The notes beneath the pieces are model-generated. The model did not search any database and had not been told where the DNA came from. It saw nothing but the letters and a program-made list of their open reading frames with translations. DNA of 63,924 nt, counting the filler, from Pirum gemmata (taxonomy: Eukaryota), in the NCBI GenBank assembly GCA_002812295.1. It is 23 parts of 23 records of this genome, joined end to end, with 100 filler letters (N's around TTAATTAATTAA, not from the genome) between each part and the next. Parts side by side here need not be neighbours in the genome. Positions count along the whole stretch, not along the records: positions 50,929 to 53,464 come from PDIN01005587.1; positions 53,565 to 56,193 come from PDIN01005588.1; positions 56,294 to 58,866 come from PDIN01005589.1; positions 58,967 to 61,557 come from PDIN01005590.1; positions 61,658 to 63,924 come from PDIN01005607.1; 18 more parts are not named here. The stretch is one strand, 5' to 3'. Position 1 is the first letter of the stretch. The number at the start of each line of letters is the position of its first letter. A program made the translations under genes and the position numbers. Positions 51,338 through 62,228 of this stretch are shown one piece after another.

Positions 51338-53098
51338 ATGGATTTTTTAATCATTTACGTGATTTTATTATTGAAATTGTTAGTAAAACAAACTATAGCT
51401 GATAATAGTCAAGTTCAAATGGTAGACTTGCACCCCGAAACAAAAGGAAAAGTTTTTTCAATTAATGTTTATGATAAAGACGACCTAAAGGATGTTTTAA
51501 AAGGAGATGAAATTACTATCGCAAAATGTTCAACTGAATGTTTAAACATGCCTGGTTGTTTTGCTCTTGCTTTTCGAAAAGGTCAAAATTGTTCTTTGCT
51601 AACAGGTAGATATACTTTTGAAATTCAGCTGGCTTCCTTTAATCAAAACTCACCGGTACCAGCTTATGAAATCTATAGAAAAAGTAGATTTGAATGTGGA
51701 CACAAAGAGTACTTTGGCTTTATGCATAATGATTATGATTATGAATCTGAATCTGAATCTAAATTTAGAGGAAATTCTATAGGATGTTTATATTATGCTG
51801 AAAAAGAAAAACAGCATTTGAATGATTATAAAGCATGTGGGTCGGGTTTCAATCCAGATTTCAGTAATGACATTACCTGTGGACCTGGACGGCATTGTTC
51901 TAATGGTAAGTTTCTCATTGCCAATAATAATAATACTGAAAATATTCCTGTTTGTGTTCCAGGAAGTAAAAACGATATAAATTTAAATGACATCAAGATG
52001 GTAGATTTACACCCAGAAACAAAAGGGAAATTGTTTAGTTGGTATGAACTACCAACAAAATTAGAAGATTCTGAAGTTGAGTATTCAGAAGTTTTAATCG
52101 GAGAAGAAATCAATTTTTCAAAATGTTCGAATGAATGCTTAAAAGATGTTGGTTGTTATGCCATCGCGTTTCGAGAAAGTAAGCTTTGTTATTTATTAAG
52201 TATGTATCATAAAAGATATTATGACATTCAACATAGTGCAGAATCAGATGCTGATACTAATACTACTTCAGTGAAATTTGAAGTGTATAAAAAAAGTAAA
52301 TTTTCATGTGGCGCAAGTCGGATTGGCATGCCTTATTATTTTACTGGTATACCTTTATTAGCGAATGATGATATATATTATGGTCACCAATTTGGCTGTT
52401 TGTTGGACCAACAAGAAGGAATGTTGTGTCCTATTTCGCTCAATTCGGAAGTTAACAATAATGATCATTGTGAGGACGGAACATATTGTAATTGGAAAGG
52501 AAACAAAGATAAATGGTTTGTTTCTGCTAAACCAAATTCACCAGTATGTGTACTGGGAAATAACAATAATAACGATAACCATAATAATAATAATAACAAG
52601 GATAATAATATCAATATAAGTAGTACTGACAGTAATCAAAGTAGTAATAATGGTAAGAATCAAAGTAGTAATGATAGTAGTAATCAAGGTAGTAATAATA
52701 GTAATAGTAGTGATTGTAATCAAAGTAAAAGTGATACCGGACTGATAATTGGCTGTGTTGTCGGTGTTATTATTGCGATAGTGGTCATAGGGGGTTTAGG
52801 GTTTTTGATTTATAAGTATAAATCTAAAAATAAGCAAACAAAAGATCAACTAAATGGAATGACAGCACAAGAATGGCTTAATAACGAAGACAATAGTTCA
52901 CCTATTCAACTCGTTAGTGATGAAGAATACCAAAACGCATGCGCAAAGATAAATATTAATCAATCAATCAATGTTAATAATGCAACTAACCCTAACCCTA
53001 ACCCTAACCCAGTCAAAAATTCAGAAACGATATATACTAGCGCTGTGAAGACACAATGTGAGCCATTTGGCTATTATACCGTGAAAGAATCTAAATAA
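51338..53098 (+). CDS. Intronless 586-aa type-I membrane protein with two PAN/Apple + Cys-rich repeats
   Basis: Signal peptide. Duplicated module MVDLHPETKGK...KCSxECL...GCxAxAFR...C...EI/VYxKSxFxCG...PVCV. S/N-rich stalk, TM GLIIGCVVGVIIAIVVIGGLGFLIY and a Tyr-containing tail. Confidence 0.88.
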   Translation: MDFLIIYVILLLKLLVKQTIADNSQVQMVDLHPETKGKVFSINVYDKDDLKDVLKGDEITIAKCSTECLNMPGCFALAFRKGQNCSLLTGRYTFEIQLASFNQNSPVPAYEIYRKSRFECGHKEYFGFMHNDYDYESESESKFRGNSIGCLYYAEKEKQHLNDYKACGSGFNPDFSNDITCGPGRHCSNGKFLIANNNNTENIPVCVPGSKNDINLNDIKMVDLHPETKGKLFSWYELPTKLEDSEVEYSEVLIGEEINFSKCSNECLKDVGCYAIAFRESKLCYLLSMYHKRYYDIQHSAESDADTNTTSVKFEVYKKSKFSCGASRIGMPYYFTGIPLLANDDIYYGHQFGCLLDQQEGMLCPISLNSEVNNNDHCEDGTYCNWKGNKDKWFVSAKPNSPVCVLGNNNNNDNHNNNNNKDNNINISSTDSNQSSNNGKNQSSNDSSNQGSNNSNSSDCNQSKSDTGLIIGCVVGVIIAIVVIGGLGFLIYKYKSKNKQTKDQLNGMTAQEWLNNEDNSSPIQLVSDEEYQNACAKININQSINVNNATNPNPNPNPVKNSETIYTSAVKTQCEPFGYYTVKESK

Positions 53099-53566
53099 TT
53101 ATTATCATTGTTATTTGAAATCAACATTGTTAAAATTTCATAATCCCGTTCCTTTTTATAATTATTAATTTTGTTATTTGTATAATAGTTAATGATAACA
53201 TGTTAATTAAGTCTTATTAACACTTTTGATGAAATAAATAAATTGTACGATTATGACTAAAATAATCAAAATAAAAATATAATAAGAATCAAGCTTTTAC
53301 ATGAAACGTGTTGGGTGTTAATTGTCTTAAAAGACAATTGTTATGTTTTTCTGCAAATAATATTAGTTTCAAAAAATACAATACAAAAACAACAGCAAAA
53401 CTATGGCTAATTAATAATTTTGAAACCCATTTATTTGGCTTATTATTATTATTATTATTATTATNNNNNNNNNNNNNNNNNNNNNNNNNNNNNNNNNNNN
53501 NNNNNNNNTTAATTAATTAANNNNNNNNNNNNNNNNNNNNNNNNNNNNNNNNNNNNNNNNNNNNAT

Positions 53567-53642
53567 TACCTGATAGCTCAGTGGTTAAGAGCAAACTCCC
53601 GGAGAGAGTTGGTCGTGGGTTCGATTCCCGCTCAGTGATCCA
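53567..53642 (+). ncRNA. tRNA-like element (GGA at the anticodon position, encoded CCA), followed by an inverted half copy
   Basis: TACCTGA-TA-GCTC-AGTGGTTAA-GAGC-A-AACTC-CCGGAGA-GAGTT-GGTC-GTGGG-TTCGATT-CCCGC-TCAGTGA-T-CCA-TTTT. Perfect A/B boxes, but C33, two acceptor mismatches and no long variable arm. Confidence 0.8.
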
Positions 53643-53766
53643 TTTTCCAACACACGTAAAAATTCCGGGAGTTTGCTCTTGACCACTGAGCTATCAGGTA
53701 ATCCATTTTCCCATGTATTCTCGTTTTCTTATAGCATATTCTATTAAATAGACATTGGTTATGTCG

Positions 53767-54490
53767 CTAATTGTTTGACCTGTTCGTTAGCAGAGCATCA
53801 TTTCGGGAGTATTCTTGGGTACCGTTCGTAGTTCTACTCCGATGTTGCGGAGTCCCTGGTCTCATGATGTTGTTATATAGTTCTGTGCCTTGATCAACTA
53901 TTACTTGTTGTATGGGTACTGGTGCTTGTGGGTTGGTGATGCGTATGTTGGTTATGACTTTGTTGTGATCGGTTATGAAATTGATCATGCTGTTTGTTTT
54001 GGTTTTTTTATTCGTTTTATATTTTTTTCTGGTGCGGGAGTCGATGATGATTGTTATGTATTTGTATTTTTGCGGTTGTGATACTATATCCCAGGCGTAT
54101 GTATCAATATATACTACTTGACTTCGGTGGTGTTGTTGTCGTGTGTGGCATACTGATTTGACTGGTTTCTTCTTCATTTTTGTTTGTGCACATGTATAGC
54201 ATTGTTTTGTTAAGAATTTTTTTATGTTAGATATTATGGATTCAAGTTTATCGTGGGATAGGTGGCCAAACATGTAATGATCGCATGGGATGCTTTTTTC
54301 TATGTCATTGGGTGCATGTATTGTTGGTGGTTTACTAATATCTATTGTGTTGCTGATTAAGTACATTGGATTGTGTTCTTTATTGTTGGTTGTTGTATTA
54401 TTTACATTTTTGTCGTTGTTTGTGCTGTACATACATGAGATGGTTAGTTTGTACTATTGATGAGGGTATGACATTAATAGAATACTGATT

Positions 54491-54543
<53 letters not shown>

Positions 54544-55847
54544 NNNNNNNNNNNNNNNNNNNNNNNNNNNNNNNNNNNNNNNNNNNNNNNNNNNNNNNNN
54601 NNNNNNNNNNNNNNNNNNNNNNNNNNNNNNNNNNNNNNNNNNNNNNNNNNNNNNNNNNNNNNNNNNNNNNNNNNNNNNNNNNNNNNNNNNNNNNNNNNNN
54701 NNNNNNNNNNNNNNNNNNNNNNNNNNNNNNNNNNNNNNNNNNNNNNNNNNNNNNATTTGTGCCAATCAAAAATGGCTAAGATTAAAAAGAGAGAAAATTT
54801 AGAATTATGAAAAAGTATAAAAGGCAGAAATGGAATTGAACTTTTGAATAAAATTACTTCTAAATTTTGTGTTGTTGTTTTGCTGTGGTGTATTGTTGGT
54901 TTGTGGTGTTTCGGTTGGCTTACTTGATGTGGTTGTGTGTTGTAAAACCTTGTTGTAATATTGGACACATGCTTTAGGCATGTGTTTGCGGTTGCATTTC
55001 TTGCATGTAGTGTTTTATTGTGGACATTTTCGTGAGTGGTGGTCGTTGGACAGACATGTATGGCATTTGAATTTGCTGAATTGTTGGTATTGCAAGTTCT
55101 TTTGTTCTTGTGTTAGTTCTTGCTGCTGTGTTAGTAATGCCGTTGCTCTCCCCCCTTTGTTGTTGTTGCTGCCGTGGTGTTTGTAACCATTTGGTTGATG
55201 TATTTTTTGTCTATCTTCTATTTTTATTTCTGCTGCTGTGAATTCGTCTTGTATGTCCCTGTACATTTGCACGATTACTGCTGTTGAGTCGAAAAGACCC
55301 TGCTCGTCCGCGAGTAGGAATTTGCTTTCCATATTGGAAGTGTGCTTGTCATATTCTTGACCACAGCCGTAGATAATTGCTACTGACTTTAGTATGGTCA
55401 CTAACATATGATTGCTGTCTTTTGTTATGTCTTCTAAGGTACGGTGTAATTGTGTTAATTGATTGGTGCATGCTTGGGTGCTTTGTTTGCCTTTGGTAGC
55501 GTTGATGATGTCCTTGATAGTGTGAACGTATTTGAGTAAGCTTCTGTGCCCAATTTTTGTTATTATTGTGGTTATGAGCTCGTGTGGTGGTATGTCGTGC
55601 ATGTCGGGGAGTTCGTTGATGGTGGATTGTTGGATGCTGGCTATAATGAGGTTACGTCCGATCGCTGAATATTGTTTGTATGTTGGTGTAGTGTCGTTGA
55701 GATTTTTCCCTCTATGCATATGGGATGGAAAATGTGCATGATACCAGCCGCGGTTAATTCATTTTCGAGCGTTTTCCGTCAAGTTTGAATGTGCCCTGCG
55801 TTGCCTAATTTGTTATGGACGCTGGCCATTCCAGTTGCGATGGACAT
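53767..55847 (-). mobile_element. Decayed Ty1/copia-type LTR retrotransposon (gag + pre-integrase/integrase)
   Basis: The gag start at 55847 reads KLGNAGHIQT*RKTLENEL (stop, then a frameshift). Zinc knuckles CHTCLSNDHHSRKC and CKKCNRKHMPKAC. HYMFGHLS...CYTC (HHCC), then YIDT, IIIDSRTR, VDQGTE and TPQH integrase motifs directly after gag. No RT or LTR seen. Confidence 0.87.
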
Positions 55848-56319
55848 AATGGTCGTTGTTGTGGTTGCTGTGGTGTTTGCTGTGCTGGTTGTTGTTTTAT
55901 TTGTGTAATTGGTCACAGGATTCTTTGTCATCGTCTTCGCAATAACATTCCAGTAGTGCTCGTTTCCTATCGCGGGTAACGCGCAGGTAGACGTATATAT
56001 TATCGTCTTGTTTTACTATTTTTGTTTTCATCAGTCTTTGTTTGATGGTGTTGATGAAATTGTGATTTGTTTATTACGTTGAATGTTCGGGTTTTATTTT
56101 CACCCATTACTTCGACTATTACTTGTGTTGCCATCGTTACTGCTGTTGTTGACGTTGTTATTGTTGTGTTGTTATTGCTATTGCTGTTGCTGTNNNNNNN
56201 NNNNNNNNNNNNNNNNNNNNNNNNNNNNNNNNNNNNNTTAATTAATTAANNNNNNNNNNNNNNNNNNNNNNNNNNNNNNNNNNNNNNNNNNNNTTTTTTT
56301 ATTTTTTTTTTTTTTTTTA

Positions 56320-56546
56320 ACAACCAAGCCGGATAAAATTGTAGAAATCATTTTTTTAAAATTCTTTTCTAAAAATCTTTAATTATAACTAGTCAAATTA
56401 TTTTTAAAAACTAGCCATTGGGTCATAATAGAGCATTCTTTGCTGGATATTTTCTCAAATTTTGGTAGTACTTTTATTAAAATTGGATCATTTTGAGTTT
56501 TTTGGTTTTTTGAGCTCATATGGCGGATGTCTTCATTTTTATCCGT
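56320..56546 (+). mobile_element. MITE family E copy (another at 57925-58185)
   Basis: Colinear with 45007-45248; CCGGATAAAA...TTTTATCCG ends. Confidence 0.8.
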
Positions 56547-56915
56547 TAAAAAAAAAAATCAAAAAAAATCAAAAAACTTGGACTTTTTTATATACAAGTC
56601 TAAGTCAAGTCTAGTAGCTAAGCCTCTACCAGTATACCAGTCTGCGGTCAGACGACGTTTTAATTTGGTACTATAAAATTACTATTTTGGTCTTTTTTAA
56701 GTTTTAACCCTTTCAATGAAAACATTATTTTAAATTATTTATCTCTAAAAAAGTTCATAATTTGACCCAAAATAAGAACAATTTGACATTTTTTAAAATA
56801 ATAGTGCAATAGTTGTCAGTCACCTAGCTAGGCTAGTCACTAGCTAGCTACTGCTAGCTAGTAGAGGTCGGTCAGCCACTAGACTAGCTAGTAGCTGCCA
56901 CAAAACTCGCAAAAA

Positions 56916-56981
<66 letters not shown>

Positions 56982-58206
56982 NNNNNNNNNNNNNNNNNNN
57001 NNNNNNNNNNNNNNNNNNNNNNNNNNNNNNNNNNNNNNNNNNNNNNNNNCTTTTAAATAAATAAATATATAATAAAATATACCAAATTAAATTAAATGGA
57101 TTTATATTGTATTAATTTGGTAATATTTATTGTATATTTTATGATGACAAAACAACTGAAAAAAGCACATAAATAATCGACCTGATAAAAATGGTGAAAT
57201 TTAACGTAATGTTGATTTTTTAACTCCTTTCAAAATAGCCACTTTTCCTTCCCTCAAACGCTTTTTAACCTTTTTTAAAAAATGGTGCAAAAATTTAAAA
57301 ACGTCCTACTTTTTTTTACTAAGTCTTACCTATCACCGATCGAATCGAGATTAGTTCGAAACTTTCGAAATTTTTCGATTGACTAACTTTTGGAATTTCG
57401 ATCACGACACCACAGGGAAAACCGATCGATCGAAATTTTTCGATCGACTAACTTTTGAGATTTCGATCACCAAAGGGATGCGGGAAAACTAATCGAATCG
57501 AGATTGGTTCGAAACTTTCGAAATTTTCGATCGACCTTTTTTTTATGTTTGAAAATTTCAAATCTATTAAATACCATATTACTTTTATATTCGAAAATGG
57601 AAAACTCTAGTGAAACCCAAAAGTTGGACGTTTTTAAATTGTTTGCACCATAAAAATGAAAAGTAGAAGCAAGGTTAGATTTTTTTTTTCTACTTTTTTT
57701 TTTTTTTTTTTGTAAAAATACCCTTATATGTTTATATAAAAAGGGTTGTTTATAATTAATAATATAATCATAATAACCTATATAATATTTAATGTACCCT
57801 TTAAAAAAAGTAAAACAAAATATAAACTGCCAAAAAAAGAAAATAACGACAACCAATCACAAAACTCAAACCATAAATAAATGGATTGAATAAATGGAAT
57901 TCTTTTTTTTTTTTTTAACAAGACAACTGAGCCAATCCGGATAAAAGTTCAAAAGTCATTATTTTTATAGTTTTTTTTTCGACTTCTTTTCTAAAACCTT
58001 TAATTATAACCAGCCAAATTATTTTTATAAACTGGCTATTGACTCATAATATAGTTTTATTAGTTATGTTTTTCTTATAATTTGGTAGTACTTTTATTAA
58101 AATTGGAGCATTTTGAGATGTTTTGGATTTTTGAGCTCATTTAGCTGCTCATAATTATGGTGGATGTTGCAATTTTTATCCGGCTTAAAAAAAAAAAAAA
58201 TACTAG

Positions 58207-58352
58207 CTCGGAGGGGTGAGATTACTGAAAGATTATTCCATAAAACTTTTTTCGGGCTTGATTTTTTTTTAAAGTAAATTTAGTTAACAATAGCAATAAA
58301 ATAATAATATTTGAAAAGTGTTCGAATTAATAAAATGACGTCATCTGTCCTC
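58207..58352 (-). mobile_element. Divergent family B-like MITE
   Basis: GGAGGGGTGAGAT at the left and AATAAAATGACGTCATCTGTCCTCT at the right, i.e. family B ends in reverse orientation. Confidence 0.5.
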
Positions 58353-59817
58353 TTAAAATTATTGTTTATGGGGTTATAATTTTTTATGTGTTCAAAATTG
58401 GTCGTTAAATGGATCAAATTAAAATTAAAATGCCTAAATTAGGCTACGAATAAGCATTTTTTTTAAAAAAAAAAATATCATACCACTGGTACCAGCCTAC
58501 AGGGTAGGCTGAGCTAGACCAGAAGAACTATAGAATTGACCCGTCTCTAGATAGGTCCTAGCTAGCGTCTAGTAGGTCTAGTGACAAAGAAAAATTTTAA
58601 AAAAAAAAATTAAAAATAAAATCTACCAAATAAAATTTATTTGCTGTTAAAATGTGTCAAAATGTGTCAAATTTTAATTTTTTAATTGCTGTTAAAATAG
58701 CTCAATTTAAAATTAAAAATGTGTAAAAAATTAAACGACACTTCAGAGTTAGTAATTCTATGATTAGTCTAGACTCTAGACTGAGTCTACTAATAATTCT
58801 AAGTTTTTTAATAAATAATTTGTAAAACCATTTTTTTAAAGTTTAAATTCTAACTACTATTGGTTTNNNNNNNNNNNNNNNNNNNNNNNNNNNNNNNNNN
58901 NNNNNNNNNNTTAATTAATTAANNNNNNNNNNNNNNNNNNNNNNNNNNNNNNNNNNNNNNNNNNNNTACATAATTATATTTAGTTCTATAAATTATAAAA
59001 GCTATTATATATAGTAATGTATATAATATATATATAATTGATAATAGTCAATAGTAGCTTGAATAAACTACGATAATAATAATAACAACAATAATAATCG
59101 TATCGGTATTAATATCAATATGTAGTTCTATAGGAATAATAATAATATAATATATTATAATTAATAATAATAAAATTAATTAATAGCCTATACAGTTATA
59201 GATATAATAATTATAATATTATTATTATAATAATAACAATGTCATGTAGCAATATTAATACTGTAACAATAATAATAATCTTATTAACAAATATTTGATA
59301 TTTAAAGATAGTAACAATTAAAAACAACTTCTTTTACTAATACTCTTTTTTTAGACTTTTAGCGTTCACTAGAACTCTTCTAATACTTAAATTGGCTATA
59401 AAATTACTAAAATTATAGTGCTTTTAAAATTATATGATAATTTATTAATTTTTTTCTAATTTTTTTTATAAAGCTCCCTATGAAAATCGAAAAAAAAAAA
59501 AAAAACGAGTTACGTGAAATCCTCCCGGAGGAGCAGCTGCTGACTTCGAAAAAGGTAAAAGTTACCGGTTTTCGGCACGGGTTAGTAAATAGTAAAGTGA
59601 CGTCATATCATCCTTAACCTTTTCACCTTTCCACATATTTCCAGATATTTCCAAAATTTTAATCCCTCAAAAAAATTCTCAACGAAAAAAATACTGAGAA
59701 AAAATAGAAAAAATAATCTGACTCCATGAAACTGGAGTCTTTGAATAAATATTTCTTCCAAGAAATACTAGTATACACAGTAAAATACTGTGGAACGTTC
59801 GTTTATTCTAGTTATTC

Positions 59818-60085
59818 TTGTTGTTGTTGTTGCCTTGTTGTTGTTGTTGCCTTGTTGTTGTTGTTGCCTTGTTGTTGTTGTTGCCTTGTTGTTGTTGTTG
59901 CCTTGTTGTTGTTGTTGCCTTGTTGTTGTTGTTGCCTTGTTGTTGTTGTTGCCTTGTTGTTGTTGTTGCCTTGTTGTTGTTGTTGCCTTGTTGTTGTTGT
60001 TGCCTTGTTGTTGTTGTTGCNTGCCTTGTTGTTGTTGTTGCCTTGTTGTTGTTGTTGCCTTGTTGTTGTTGTTGCCTTGTTGTTG
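59818..60085. repeat. 17-bp minisatellite (TTG)5CC, about 15 copies
   Basis: Exact 17-nt period, which explains the 17-aa periodic ORFs in all three frames. Confidence 0.95.
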
Positions 60086-60726
60086 TATTGTGCTTCTTTT
60101 GGCTATCAGATTCTAGCTAGAGGTGTTGTTGTTGCTGTTGCTGTTTTGGTTACTGTTGTAGCAGGGTTGATGGAAGAGTAATATCATAAATAAATAGATT
60201 GGGATTGAATAATCATAATAAACTAGAGATTAAGTATCGATTTTATTTTTTCTAAAAAGATGGAGAACTGCTGAATACCTGAGAACACTATTTTACAGAT
60301 TTTTACTAGTTTAAAATACTTTTAAAATCATCGAATCAAGACTGGTTCGAAATTTTCGAAATTTTCGATCTAATTTTAACTATTGACTCATTCTCAGAAA
60401 TTTCCTTGAAATTTCATATAGAATTTAAACACTTGAAACTCGAAAAAAAAAAGAATATCATTTCAAAATTGTCACTATTTAATAATTAGAATCGAACTGC
60501 TGTTTGATTCGATTATGTTTTTTGCGTATTAGTTAGTAGCAAGCTGAGAAGAGAGAAAAAGAAGTGAAAAAGATTTTTTTTTCATGTGATATGAGAGCGT
60601 TCAAATAATACGTTATGCCAAGTGGTAGGTAGGTAGGTGGTATTTGATCGGAAATTAACGTCAAGGGGTAGGTAGGTAGGGGTGTTTGAAGCTGTATTTG
60701 ATCGGAACGCTCCTCCGCTCCCTATG

Positions 60727-60770
<44 letters not shown>

Positions 60771-62228
60771 TCGACTATGTCATACCAGCTGTGAATACCA
60801 TTATACCAAGGCTGAGTCTACTGTCTGCCAGCACCAAGTATGGTAGCTGTATCAGCCTGTATGGTAGAGTGATTAGTCTATTGTGCTTTTCATTTATTTT
60901 ATCACTATCAATATTTATTTGGAGAGTTATAATCTTTAAATTGATATTTTTAAATCAATAGATAGATTATAACATTTACCAAATAAAATTAAATGGATTT
61001 ATATTGTATTAATTTTGTACTATTTATTGTATATTTTATGAAGGCAAAACAACTGAAATAGAAATAGACTGGGTCTAGGGACTCTAGGCTAAATTATTTT
61101 TATTTTTATAAGATATGATCGATAGTTTATCATAATAATATCATGGGATAAAATTTAAAAATAATTAATATTATTATGATAGACTCATCCATCTATATAT
61201 AAAATAATATGATAAGACTCGACAAGTCTAAGTATTACTTAAAGCACTAACTCAAAGCATGCAATTTTTTTTTTTTTTTTTCAAAAATACAAAATCATAA
61301 AACTTTCGGTAATAATACACTTATTATTTTAAATATTTATCAATAATCATGATGAGACACTCAAAACTTGGTTTACCACTTGTTGTATTAACTTCCATTG
61401 CACTTCTCTTTGCTTTTATTGCGTAAGTTGGTGTTTTTAATTTCGTTTTTGTTTCCTTTTTTGTTTTGTTTTTTTATTATTTTTATTTCTTGGTTTATTA
61501 TAGTATTATTTTTCTTTTTAATGGTTTATAATAATAATAATAACAATAATAATAATANNNNNNNNNNNNNNNNNNNNNNNNNNNNNNNNNNNNNNNNNNN
61601 NTTAATTAATTAANNNNNNNNNNNNNNNNNNNNNNNNNNNNNNNNNNNNNNNNNNNNATAATAATAATAATAATAATTCATAACAGTTGGTTTCACCCAA
61701 TAGTACAGTTCTTATCGATACTTCTTATGATAGTACTTACAGCTACTAGCTAGCTAGCTAGCTACTAGCTGGTAGCTACTATCGATAATAACCCGAAAAT
61801 AGATTCAAATAGTAAATCCATTTTTTTTTTTTGCTGAATGAGGCTGAATGAGTGAGTGAATGAGCTAAATGTCTGTTTTCATACATTTATCATTATCATA
61901 ATATTATCATAATTATAAAAAAGACTCGAAAAAAAAAAGATCGATGATTTTACTATTCAAATTTTTAAAATTATTTGAGATTTCGATTCGATAATAATAA
62001 ATTTTGTTGTAATCCATAACAAACAATAATTATTGTTGAATAGACTACTTTGATCAATCGTATCGATATAACAATCTTTAAAAAACTTCTTCATTGAATA
62101 TTATTATTACGTAATTATTACGCTATTAATTGACGTCATAGATTAAATAAAGTTGTGTTATAAAATTATAAAAGAAAAAATAATAGACTAATCAACTATT
62201 TTCTATTGTGTTTTATTGAATGTTATTA

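Noticed and set aside
53567..53642. Functional tRNA-Ser(GGA); likewise tRNA-Tyr(GTA) at 41005-41081
   Set aside because: C33 instead of U33, acceptor mismatches, no long variable arm for Ser, and extra T-arm bases in the other copy.
59818..60085. CRISPR array or Cys-rich repeat protein
   Set aside because: A perfect 17-bp tandem unit with no spacers, in a eukaryotic context.
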